DNA of 64,000 nt from Thermodesulfobacteriota bacterium. GTDB taxonomy: Bacteria > Desulfobacterota_D > UBA1144 > Nemesobacterales > UBA2774. The translations under genes were made by a program, and so were the position numbers. This document shows, piece by piece, positions 24,316 to 33,401 of the stretch. Each line of letters starts with the position of its first letter. Position 1 is the first letter of the stretch. The stretch spans positions 374,828 through 438,827 of the forward strand of contig OZ244197.1 of the NCBI GenBank assembly GCA_965216785.1, read 5' to 3'. The notes beneath the pieces were generated by a model that searched no databases, was not told the origin of the DNA, and was given only the letters and a program-made list of their open reading frames with translations.

Positions 24316-25269
24316 ATGTCTAAAAAATTCACAATCCTGGACGCGCACGAAGATATAGCCTTTCACCTAAACTACTTTAAGAGAAGCTTTGTAAATCCCG
24401 AAGTGCCTAGCATGATTACACTCCCTGCTCTCAAAGAGGGAAACGTCAAGCTCGTATTCAACACGATTTTTGTCCCGCCCAAACAAAAGCCTGACAATAC
24501 GGTGAAATCCGCCATGGACCAGCTGGCTACTTACGAAAAACTATATAGTGATTACGAACAGGATGTATACCAAGTTTTGAGACCTGGTGATATTGAGAAT
24601 CTGGACGAAAATCCGAGGATAGGGTTTCTGACTCTCATGGAAGGTGCCGACCCGATTGAGGAGCCGGACAAGCTGGGGATGTTCTATGATAGGGGAGTCA
24701 GAGTCATCGGGCTTGCCTGGAATGATAAGAACAGCTACGCCTCCGGTAACGACACGGAGGACGGGCTTTCAGAAATGGGCAGCGAACTGATTATGCGAAT
24801 GAACGAGCTTGGAGTTACGCTCGATCTGTCGCACCTTAACCAAAGATGCTTCTGGGACTCGATAGAGCTTACAGAGCTAATACCGATAGCCACTCATTCC
24901 AATTCAAGAGCATTGACCGATCATCCGAGAAACTTAAATGACGATCAGCTAAGAGCTATATCAGAGCGCGGAGGTGTGGTAGGTATAGTTCTGTACAACC
25001 TTTTCCTTAAGACTACCGAAAAAGCACCGACACTGGAGGATGTTTACGCCCATGCCGACTACATGATAGGGGTTATGGGAGAGGACCATGTGGGGATAGG
25101 AAGCGATATGGACGGGGCGAGGATCGAGGATTTCCCCGAAGGGCTGAAATCCATAGACAAGCTTCAGAGTATCGCAGAGTTTTTTATAGCTAAGGGTTAT
25201 AGCGAGAGCCGAGTAAGAAAAATCATGAGCGAGAACTTTATGAGGGTAATGGAAAAAAACCTCAGATAA
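24316..25269 (+). CDS. membrane dipeptidase (peptidase family M19)
   Basis: Start moved to ATG 24316 (MSKKFTILDAHEDIAFHL), 4 bp after the MEMO-like stop; renal-dipeptidase-like motifs (DAHED, GLAWNDKNSYASG, LDLSHLN, IGSDMDG). Confidence 0.8.
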   Translation: MSKKFTILDAHEDIAFHLNYFKRSFVNPEVPSMITLPALKEGNVKLVFNTIFVPPKQKPDNTVKSAMDQLATYEKLYSDYEQDVYQVLRPGDIENLDENPRIGFLTLMEGADPIEEPDKLGMFYDRGVRVIGLAWNDKNSYASGNDTEDGLSEMGSELIMRMNELGVTLDLSHLNQRCFWDSIELTELIPIATHSNSRALTDHPRNLNDDQLRAISERGGVVGIVLYNLFLKTTEKAPTLEDVYAHADYMIGVMGEDHVGIGSDMDGARIEDFPEGLKSIDKLQSIAEFFIAKGYSESRVRKIMSENFMRVMEKNLR

Positions 25270-25286
25270 CAGAATGCATATACCTT

Positions 25287-25322
25287 TATGTGATCCTCAA
25301 CTCTTATGTGATCCTCAACTCT
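25287..25322. repeat. perfect 18-bp tandem duplication (TATGTGATCCTCAACTCT x2)
   Basis: Two identical adjacent copies in the convergent spacer between the M19 dipeptidase and dehydrogenase stops. Confidence 0.9.
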
Positions 25323-25338
25323 TTATTCAACAACATAG

Positions 25339-26367
25339 CTATGAGTCATCCATGTTTTCAACGATAACGTCGGCAAACTCCTGAGTGCCAAGATTTCCGC
25401 CCAGGTCGCGCGTAGTCATACCTTGCTCAAGGGCCTTATTATAAGCCTGCTTAATCTTCTGCGCTGAGGCTCTGAAGTCCTCCCTGCCCTCTGTATCCGA
25501 AAGGTGGTTAAGCATCATTACCGCCGACATCAGAAGCGCAAGCGGGTTTGCGATATTCTTACCCGCTATATCGGGGGCTGAGCCATGAACCGCTTCAAAC
25601 ACAGCTTCCCGCTCGCCGATGTTTGCCCCCGGCACTACGCCCAGGCCGCCGACGAGCCCGGCAGTGAGGTCGCTGATGAGATCGCCGTATAGGTTCTCAA
25701 GCAAGAGCACATCGAAACGGCCAGGGTCCTGAACAAGCTTCATGCACCCCGCGTCGATGATGACCTCTTCGTATTCGATATCTTTGTAGTCCTGGCTGAC
25801 TTCACGGGACTTTCTTATAAAGAGCCCGTCCGTGAGCTTCATAATATTGGCTTTGTGAAATACGCTCACTTTCCTGCGCCCCCTGTGCCTGGCATATTCA
25901 AAAGCCCACTTTGAAATCCTGTAACATGCCTTTTCGGTCGCAACTTTCATGCTCATTACAACACCTGGAGTAATGGTATTCTCGACTCCGCTGTAAAGAC
26001 CCTCGGTGTTCTCTCGTATTACAGCGAGGTCCACCCCTGAAAAACGTGTATTAACGCCGCTGAGATTCCTGACCGGTCTGACCGCGGCGTAAAGGTCCAG
26101 CACTTTACGGAGCTGAACGTTTACAGAGGTAAAGCCTTCTCCAATGGGGGTCGTGCACGGGCCTTTTAACGCGACCTTGTGCTCTTTAATGGCATCAATT
26201 GTTTTCTCGGGGAGGACATCCTCATCTTCTTCAAGCGCCCCCAAACCAGCGTTTCTCTCTACCCACTCAATCTTCGCGCCTGACGCTACTATGACTTTTT
26301 TTACCGCGGCTGTGATGTTAGGTCCGATGCCGTCGCCCGGAATAAGCACAATTTTACGTTTTTCCAT
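25339..26367 (-). CDS. isocitrate/isopropylmalate dehydrogenase family protein (likely NAD-dependent isocitrate dehydrogenase)
   Basis: Start taken at MEKRKIVLIPGDGIGPN (26367); motifs GDGIGP and NLYGDLISDLTAGLVGGLG. Confidence 0.8.
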   Translation of the reverse strand: MEKRKIVLIPGDGIGPNITAAVKKVIVASGAKIEWVERNAGLGALEEDEDVLPEKTIDAIKEHKVALKGPCTTPIGEGFTSVNVQLRKVLDLYAAVRPVRNLSGVNTRFSGVDLAVIRENTEGLYSGVENTITPGVVMSMKVATEKACYRISKWAFEYARHRGRRKVSVFHKANIMKLTDGLFIRKSREVSQDYKDIEYEEVIIDAGCMKLVQDPGRFDVLLLENLYGDLISDLTAGLVGGLGVVPGANIGEREAVFEAVHGSAPDIAGKNIANPLALLMSAVMMLNHLSDTEGREDFRASAQKIKQAYNKALEQGMTTRDLGGNLGTQEFADVIVENMDDS

Positions 26368-26464
26368 AAGGAATATTGAACCCAGTGTAATAATAATTGG
26401 CAAATGGCGAGCATCGCCGGAATACAGAGTCTCTCATAACTACATAAAGAGAACCCCTAGGGGT

Positions 26465-27148
26465 CTATCCCTTCTGTATTGCTTTTGCGGTATATAAACT
26501 GACCAGCCGCGCTATCAGAACGGCTATGAACAGCTGTCCCGCCAGGGCTTCGAGGACCGATAGAATCCTTCCAAGAGGGGTTATGGATGTAATATCACCG
26601 TATCCCAGGGTGCTTAAGGTGGTGTAGCTGTAATATACGAGCTCATTCGTATTTATATCACCCGTAAGGCCGAGCCTTTCGGAAACGAATACAGCGCCCG
26701 GAGACAGATATTCGATACTTCCGTAGATTGTGACCCAAAGGAGCCCCAAAATTAAATACAAACACACAGCGCCGTAAAGAGTATCCTGGGTAATATCCTT
26801 GGCTTTTAGGATATGGTTAAGGAGGATAGTCGTGACAAAGAAGAAATAAAGGATGCTCGCGAATATACTTTGTGTGGAGCTTGCGAAAATCCAGTCGGTA
26901 AAAACCCAGGGCATTCCCAATATGAGAAGTATTATGATGGTTTTCTTGTTTCTGCCTATTGCATATACCCCAAGCAAGAATACAACGTTGCTCGCGATAT
27001 TTATTACATAATAACCGTATTTGACCCCTTCCAGCACCGCAGAGAGTATCAAGAGCAAGATGATCGATACCATAAAGTTAAACATTTTATATTTAGTAGA
27101 GCTTAGAATTATGTGTACGGAGCCTGAAGACTGCTTGTCCCTATTCAT
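26465..27148 (-). CDS. potassium channel family protein (TxGYGD selectivity filter)
   Basis: 227 aa polytopic membrane protein with K+ filter TLSTLGYGDI before the last TM helix. Confidence 0.7.
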   Translation of the reverse strand: MNRDKQSSGSVHIILSSTKYKMFNFMVSIILLLILSAVLEGVKYGYYVINIASNVVFLLGVYAIGRNKKTIIILLILGMPWVFTDWIFASSTQSIFASILYFFFVTTILLNHILKAKDITQDTLYGAVCLYLILGLLWVTIYGSIEYLSPGAVFVSERLGLTGDINTNELVYYSYTTLSTLGYGDITSITPLGRILSVLEALAGQLFIAVLIARLVSLYTAKAIQKG

Positions 27149-27298
27149 TTGTTCCCTCCAAGGTTCATTTGCTTAAGAAGTAATATGAGATTATAGCATT
27201 TAGAGAGGAAATGTTCATACCGACGGAGTTTGAACTCCGGTATAAGAATCATGGATATTTATAAAGGAATGCTTTGAAGAAGCTTACATAGCTGTTGA

Positions 27299-28144
27299 CT
27301 ATCCGTCAGATAGCGTGCATCCTGCCGTATCCACGGTTGCCGTCCCGCTTATGTTTACCGCGCTCCTGCCGCCGCTTATCGTGCAGTTGTTATTCTGCGG
27401 GTCTATGATTACCGTTGAGTTCCCCGCGGCATTAATCCCGAACTGATTTACCGATTCGATCAGCACGCTGTTATTTACTGGGTTTGAAGACTCACCTATT
27501 TCAACGAAGGACTCATTTAAAGTTATAACTGCGTCTCTATTGGCTCTTAGAATAATCCCCTCGTCGGCTTCAATAACGACTGATCCCGAATCCTGGGTGC
27601 GCACACCCTCGCGGCAGTCGGTAATGTCGACACTCTTGACTCGTATAGCTGCCGAGCTCGACCCCGTGGAAATGATGCAGTCCCCGCCGTTACCATCCAT
27701 GATGAAATCTATAAGTGATTCATTGAGTGTAAACTGGCTGTCGTTTCGAACAAAAAACGGGTCTTGAAAGACCTGCCAGCTATCTATTATGATAAGCGTC
27801 GGGTTTTGCTGGAGGGTAAATTCCATTACTATAGTGCTGTTGTCGGTGACTCTGATGTTAGCCCTCTCCGCGTCAAACGTGCTGGATTCGAACCTGAGCG
27901 TTACGTTTCCTGTAAAAGAGCGGAACCTGAGAGTAAAATCACCGCTGCTGTCTGTAGTAGTTCTATCGAGCCTCGAGCTGTCTTCTGTGACTGTGACGGT
28001 AAAAGTGCCGAATAGACCGAAATTGGTAATAGACCCGTTAAGTACTATATTCCCGCTTCCGTCTCCTGTGTTACAACCAGAAATGATAAAAAAGGAAAGA
28101 ATCGTGACGAATACACAAAGAGCTGTACTTTTATACATCACCAT
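27299..28144 (-). CDS. hypothetical lipoprotein, Ser/Thr/Asn-rich
   Basis: 281 aa; signal peptide with lipobox (FFIISGCN); many N-x-S/T tripeptides; no recognisable catalytic motif. Confidence 0.55.
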   Translation of the reverse strand: MVMYKSTALCVFVTILSFFIISGCNTGDGSGNIVLNGSITNFGLFGTFTVTVTEDSSRLDRTTTDSSGDFTLRFRSFTGNVTLRFESSTFDAERANIRVTDNSTIVMEFTLQQNPTLIIIDSWQVFQDPFFVRNDSQFTLNESLIDFIMDGNGGDCIISTGSSSAAIRVKSVDITDCREGVRTQDSGSVVIEADEGIILRANRDAVITLNESFVEIGESSNPVNNSVLIESVNQFGINAAGNSTVIIDPQNNNCTISGGRSAVNISGTATVDTAGCTLSDG

Positions 28145-28270
28145 ATCCTCCTGCTCGATTTGTATAACACCCTCTTATCTAACCAGCATAAGTAATAATT
28201 TATGGAAAGTAAAGCCGGAAATTACTACAGGAAAATCAGTCTGAAAAGATGAGTTTTGAGACAGGAGGCA

Positions 28271-28315
28271 AAAAAACCTCCGGGCATCCTCTCTAAATTA
28301 TGAGAATGCCCGGGG
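28271..28315 (-). terminator. putative intrinsic terminator closing the AsmA-like operon
   Basis: On the minus strand: stem CCCCGGGCAT / ATGCCCGGAG (about 10 bp, one G-U) with an 18-nt loop, followed by a T-run (plus-strand AAAAAA 28271-28276); starts 24 nt after the lipoprotein stop. Confidence 0.45.
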
Positions 28316-28338
28316 ATTTTATAAGTTTTAAGTAAATG

Positions 28339-29007
28339 CTATCTCTCGCTTTTTCTAACACTCGCGAACTGCCTTCCGGCCTCCGGGAGCACTTTATCTA
28401 TATTCTCTTGCGTGGGCTCAAGGTTATTGATCTCGACTATGGCCCTCGCCATTCCTCTGATAATTACCCTGCGGTCGGCGTTCTCCGCGCTAAAAGCCTG
28501 CTGCTGTGAGGACGTGAGGTTGCCAGCTTTTACCAACAGCCCCAGGTTGCCCTCTCTGACCAGCCCGTCATTGAGCATCGCGTTAATAACATTCTTACGT
28601 TTGGCTCTGCTTTTATAGGCGTTAATGACCTCGGGCATGCTTCGAATTTTCTCAGTGATTTGTCCCGAGATATTCCCCTGAGCCCAGGCATAGTCGCCAA
28701 AATCGAGCGTTACTTTATTTCTAAGTACAATTACTTTTGTCTCCGATTTGAGCGTAGGTTCTTCCTGGTATTTGATGCTGCTCTCAGGGGCTGGAGTGGG
28801 TTTTACAGCTTCTCCGTCCGAAGGCTCGGTGTCTTCAGCAGCATTTGCTTCGTCTTCTAGCAGGAACTCTTCCTCAAGGCTTGAGTAGGCGTCCCTTACT
28901 TCTTCTGCGGGGAAGTACACGTTTACTGTAATAGTCGCGCACGATACGAGGTAAAAACATAACGTGAGAGGTAAAAAATAAAGCGCTCTAAATATTGAAT
29001 TTCCCAT
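28339..29007 (-). CDS. lipoprotein, candidate YnbE-like/YdbL-like partner of the AsmA-family protein
   Basis: 222 aa; lipobox (YLVSCAT); begins 13 bp after the AsmA-like gene on the same strand. YnbE/YdbL (DUF1318) resemblance is inference from gene position and is not verified. Confidence 0.55.
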   Translation of the reverse strand: MGNSIFRALYFLPLTLCFYLVSCATITVNVYFPAEEVRDAYSSLEEEFLLEDEANAAEDTEPSDGEAVKPTPAPESSIKYQEEPTLKSETKVIVLRNKVTLDFGDYAWAQGNISGQITEKIRSMPEVINAYKSRAKRKNVINAMLNDGLVREGNLGLLVKAGNLTSSQQQAFSAENADRRVIIRGMARAIVEINNLEPTQENIDKVLPEAGRQFASVRKSER

Positions 29008-29020
29008 TGATTTGCCTCCT

Positions 29021-32000
29021 TTAATTCGTTTCTATTGTGGGCCCTCCTGTGAGCGCCCTTTTGGCCAGCTCCCTGATTACAGAGATTAAATGACTTATCG
29101 ATATAGAGTTCTGTCTGGGATCGGCCTGTATATTCAGGTTTTTGAAACCCAATATTGAGTTTGAAATATTAAACTCTTTAAACGTTATAACACCGTCATT
29201 AATATAACCAGAAATATCCCCTTTATCATAACCCCTGGATGAGCCGAGTATAAGCCTCTCTCTGGCGCCCAGCTTATCCAGTAGAGCCTCGCCTACCTTT
29301 CTCTGCTCTTTCGGTGAATTGGTTGCCCAGAATTTAAAGGGGCCGTCTATAGTATTTAAATCGCCGCCTTCCCCAGTGATCCAGGCAAGGCCGTTCACCC
29401 TTCCCGTTATGTAGTCTTTTTCGGATGAAATGCTTTTTGATATCGCCTCTAGACTGATCTCGTCGAATAAAAAAGAAATATTGTAGTTACCGTTTCCCTG
29501 AAAATAGTAGATACCGGCTCCGTATAAACCACCTCTATAAATCTTGGATGTGAGTTTTTTCAGGTTTATTTCACCTCTGTCCACTTCGAGCTGGCAGTCG
29601 ATGTCCTCGATTTTAATTATGCCGTAGTTAAGCTCGCCGATTTTCAGATAATCTGAGTCTTGAGATGTGTCAAAATCCTTTACGGAGCGGAGGAATTTTT
29701 TATATATGGATTTATTGAGTTTGAGTTGATCCCCCATGAAAGAGCTAAGAGGGTTTTCGGAATCGGCATCGTCCTTTATTGTGATAGTACCGTAAACCTC
29801 TTTTATTCTAAGCTCGGTACCCGAGAGCTTCCCTGTATATGCCCCGCGGAGAACCCTGAGCCTGCCGCCCCATGTTTGGTTAGGATAGAAGAGGTTGTAT
29901 AACACCAGCTCAAGATCGGCTTGCCCCTGTGTCTTGGCATTTGCCGCAGACTCAGGCAAAAAGGGCCGCAAGACATTCATTGCAACCGGTATTTGAATAC
30001 CCGGTATACTGAGCTCCAGCTGCCTTTCTTCATTAAGTGAATTTGTCATTTTCCCGGTAAATCCTAGCTCCATTGAGTCCTTACCCACTATAAACCCCTT
30101 TTCTATAAATAAGGTTTCACCCACTGTCTTTGCGTATAGCTCACCTCTATAGGTATAGCTTGTACCGTTATTAGTAAGACTTATGCCGTTTGCCGTAAGT
30201 TTGCCGCTACCCTCGGGCAGAGAGTTTTGAGGCAAAAGTCCCGTAAAATTAAAATTAGTCTTTGCTATATTCGCGCTCATACCGCCTGTAGAGAGAGAGG
30301 CTCCGCTGAGCTCGATGTCGGTGTCGATCTTAACACGGGGCCCTGTGGTATCGACGTCAATCTTGCCGGCAAGCGCTCCGTTTGAAAACTCGCCTGTAAT
30401 ATTGTCCAGGACAAGACCGGTTTCATTTGGCGTTACCAAGACCTTAAGATCTTGGATTGGCTGAGATAGCACCTCGAGCTTTGCGGCTTCGACGCGGCCT
30501 TCCCAGTCAATTGCACCCGAGTTGGGATCGTTTATTGTGAAGTCGCCCGAGATAGTATTTGAGGTAACTTTTCCATCAAGACCCGTGAAGATACTTTCCT
30601 TAAATTTAGACAGGAACGGGTAGCCGCCCTGATCTCCCATACGGAGCGTCAGGTCGTCCGTCTCGAACCGCCCGATCGCGCCTACATCGGCTTTAACTTT
30701 GCTTAGCTCGATGAAGTTGCCTAGATATTTATAATCCCACTCGACACTCGGGAACTCTATTGCTTTAAATCTGCCGCCCTGCCCCTTAACGTGGCCTGAA
30801 AACCCGTCTCTCCCGCTGTTTTCTATACTGAAGCTTTCGTTAAACTCAGACAGCGAAATGTCTTTGCCGAGAACCTCAAAGTTACTTCCTGTAGATGCCA
30901 TATTGATAGACCAGTCACTTCCAAGGGTAAGTGAAAACGAGAGCTTTTTTACCCTGCCGTTTTTAACTAGATAATCTCCGAATGTAAGACTCTCATAACG
31001 TAGCCCCTCGTTTTCAATCGTTATAGTGTCTCTATACACTCCTGCGGAAGCCTCGGTCTTATCTTCAGATAGAAATTTAAATGCGAGATTTTCTACAGAC
31101 TCTACCTTCGATAGCTTAAACGCTCTGCCTTTACTCAGGCTCAGGATAACGTCCCCAGCTGTAAAGGATATATCCGCATCGTAGTCACCTGAGCCGCCGC
31201 CGAAATTTGCAGTCGCCGTCAGAGCAGTGCCCTCGATGTCGAATGGAATGACGCTTTTGGGGGTTTCTTTCAAATTTAAATTCTGCCCGGTGAGAAGACC
31301 TTTGAGCTTAAAGCCGCCGCCGCTTAAGTCAAAACCCATTGATCCCGAGAGCACACCGTCCATAAAGCTCCCTTTAAGAGATGAAAGAGAGATATCGGTT
31401 TTACTCCAGTTTTCGGTTGCGGAAATTTTTACATCCGATGAAATATCTGCTATTGCTCCTGTCTTTACCCAGTTGAATGTATCCGCCGCGCACTTTCCGG
31501 TTGAAATTATAGGGAAGCTATCACCTATTGTGAGAGTCTGGTTAATTCTTAAATTACAGTTGAGCCCGGATAGTTCAAGATCTTCTTCAGTCTTTTTATA
31601 GTTAAGATCACTGGTGAGAACTTCACCTTTTATAGAGAATTTTCCTTTTTTGCCGGAACCGCTGATTGTTACATTCTGGGCTGTCGCACTCCCTGAGATC
31701 TCATCCTGCTCTAAACTCGGCAGTAAATTCTTGAGCGCGCTCAGGTCTTTAGCTTCGGCGGATCCGTTGATATTGATTATCACATCCTCTTCTTTGACAT
31801 CGGCGCTTCCTGTGAAGCTGCCCTCCATGAGTCCGTTTATGCTCAGATCGAGTTTTTCAAGAGCGGCGGTTTGTAGAGACGGGTTATATTGCAGATCATA
31901 GTCGATCATAAGCGCGGATTCTGCCGAGTCCGCCCTTTTATCCAGGGGGTTTACGCTCATCAGTCCGTATGCATGTAATACATCCGTCAATTCAAAATTT

Positions 32001-32722
32001 ATTCGCGCGTTTGCCTCCAGAGTTGAATCTTGGTTATTCAAAAGACTCTTATTCCCTAGTGCTAAGTCTCTCGTATTTATATCCAATAGTCCTGTTGTTA
32101 AATCAGTCTTTGATTGTACTTTACCTTCAATATCAAATTTACGACCTAAAGCACTAATATCACCGATAAAGTCAACTTCGCTTGACTGCTTTTCGTTATT
32201 ACTGTCGATGCCGATAGCTAGTGATTTTGAGTAGAGTGTGAGATCGGGGCTTATCTGACAATGAGCGTCCGTGATTGTAACTCCTTGAATTACAACCCGA
32301 GAAGGTCTTTCTTTATCGTCTTTATCGCTTTTAATCAGCTCAAGGAGATTTTGTATATTGTCCCGAGTTGCCTGAAGATTCGGGTCCTCAACAATAACCT
32401 CATTAATAATCAATCTCTGCTCTAAAAGAGAAGAGATGATAGCGGGGTCTACTGTAATTCTTTTTACTTCGGCGATCTTAACATTATTTTGTAAAGGGTC
32501 CGTGATCGTAAGTCCGCTCAATCTGAGGTTGAACAGGGGATCTATACCGATCTCTTTAAATTCAATAGAATAGCCGAGCTCTTTGGATAATTTCTCAATA
32601 TATCCAGGCGCTTCTCCACTGAGCTTTCTGTCTAATATAATGTTAACGGATATTAATGCTGCTAGGATTAAAACGGCAGCAATAACAAGAATTTTCAGGA
32701 ACCCGTGTCTCGAAAGGGTCAT
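29021..32722 (-). CDS. AsmA/TamB/YdbH-like large envelope protein
   Basis: 1233 aa; N-terminal TM anchor (FLKILVIAAVLILAALISVNIIL) then a very long beta-rich, low-hydrophobicity region typical of AsmA-like proteins. Confidence 0.75.
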   Translation of the reverse strand: MTLSRHGFLKILVIAAVLILAALISVNIILDRKLSGEAPGYIEKLSKELGYSIEFKEIGIDPLFNLRLSGLTITDPLQNNVKIAEVKRITVDPAIISSLLEQRLIINEVIVEDPNLQATRDNIQNLLELIKSDKDDKERPSRVVIQGVTITDAHCQISPDLTLYSKSLAIGIDSNNEKQSSEVDFIGDISALGRKFDIEGKVQSKTDLTTGLLDINTRDLALGNKSLLNNQDSTLEANARINFELTDVLHAYGLMSVNPLDKRADSAESALMIDYDLQYNPSLQTAALEKLDLSINGLMEGSFTGSADVKEEDVIININGSAEAKDLSALKNLLPSLEQDEISGSATAQNVTISGSGKKGKFSIKGEVLTSDLNYKKTEEDLELSGLNCNLRINQTLTIGDSFPIISTGKCAADTFNWVKTGAIADISSDVKISATENWSKTDISLSSLKGSFMDGVLSGSMGFDLSGGGFKLKGLLTGQNLNLKETPKSVIPFDIEGTALTATANFGGGSGDYDADISFTAGDVILSLSKGRAFKLSKVESVENLAFKFLSEDKTEASAGVYRDTITIENEGLRYESLTFGDYLVKNGRVKKLSFSLTLGSDWSINMASTGSNFEVLGKDISLSEFNESFSIENSGRDGFSGHVKGQGGRFKAIEFPSVEWDYKYLGNFIELSKVKADVGAIGRFETDDLTLRMGDQGGYPFLSKFKESIFTGLDGKVTSNTISGDFTINDPNSGAIDWEGRVEAAKLEVLSQPIQDLKVLVTPNETGLVLDNITGEFSNGALAGKIDVDTTGPRVKIDTDIELSGASLSTGGMSANIAKTNFNFTGLLPQNSLPEGSGKLTANGISLTNNGTSYTYRGELYAKTVGETLFIEKGFIVGKDSMELGFTGKMTNSLNEERQLELSIPGIQIPVAMNVLRPFLPESAANAKTQGQADLELVLYNLFYPNQTWGGRLRVLRGAYTGKLSGTELRIKEVYGTITIKDDADSENPLSSFMGDQLKLNKSIYKKFLRSVKDFDTSQDSDYLKIGELNYGIIKIEDIDCQLEVDRGEINLKKLTSKIYRGGLYGAGIYYFQGNGNYNISFLFDEISLEAISKSISSEKDYITGRVNGLAWITGEGGDLNTIDGPFKFWATNSPKEQRKVGEALLDKLGARERLILGSSRGYDKGDISGYINDGVITFKEFNISNSILGFKNLNIQADPRQNSISISHLISVIRELAKRALTGGPTIETN

Positions 32723-32810
32723 ACAGAAGATATTATATTTAGTATTGCCTAATTTAAAAGGAGAATTTAAAAGAGGCTAAAAACCGGAGCGCCCGCTGAC
32801 AGGCAATCAA

Positions 32811-33227
32811 CTAGGGATTATCGCTAACGAGCTCGACAGTTCTCGCTTTTATGACATTTTTCACTTTATACAGAAAGTATTTTTTCTCCTTTCTGAACTT
32901 ACCCGTTATACGAACAGTATCGCCCTTTTCGATCGGTAAGTGCTCGTCCTCATAATACACTCCGAGCTTGTTGCCTTGAGAGTCTTTCAATTCGAAAACC
33001 GTAAAATCCTCTCCCTTACTCGATTTCGTGTACTTTACTTTCTTTACTACGCCCTCAAGAGTGACTTTCCTGCCGTCGTATTGCTTGGGCTCTGATACCA
33101 CTTCTGCGATATTCGAGGATATGATTTCTTCGGTGGCATTATTCGGAACTAGGCTGTTTCCCGATTGCCCGAAAACCGCCTGAAAGGGAAATGATAAAAG
33201 TAACAATATAACGAGTGTACGTTTCAT
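32811..33227 (-). CDS. secreted OB-fold-like protein (YgiW/BOF-like)
   Basis: 138 aa; signal peptide, then a YDGRKVTLEGVV...FELKDSQGNKLGVY...GDTVRITG pattern resembling periplasmic OB-fold proteins. Confidence 0.5.
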   Translation of the reverse strand: MKRTLVILLLLSFPFQAVFGQSGNSLVPNNATEEIISSNIAEVVSEPKQYDGRKVTLEGVVKKVKYTKSSKGEDFTVFELKDSQGNKLGVYYEDEHLPIEKGDTVRITGKFRKEKKYFLYKVKNVIKARTVELVSDNP

Positions 33228-33401
33228 TTTAATTCCTCAAATAAAAAATTCTTCTAAATTCTCAGATCTTCAAGACTGACATATAATTATAAGTATGGAA
33301 TGTTAAATTACCACCCGATTTGTTGTTAGGTGTCTCGTCCGGCATTCAACTAATGTTGTTAAACAGTTAAAATATATCTATATACGCTCAAGGAAAAACG
33401 C

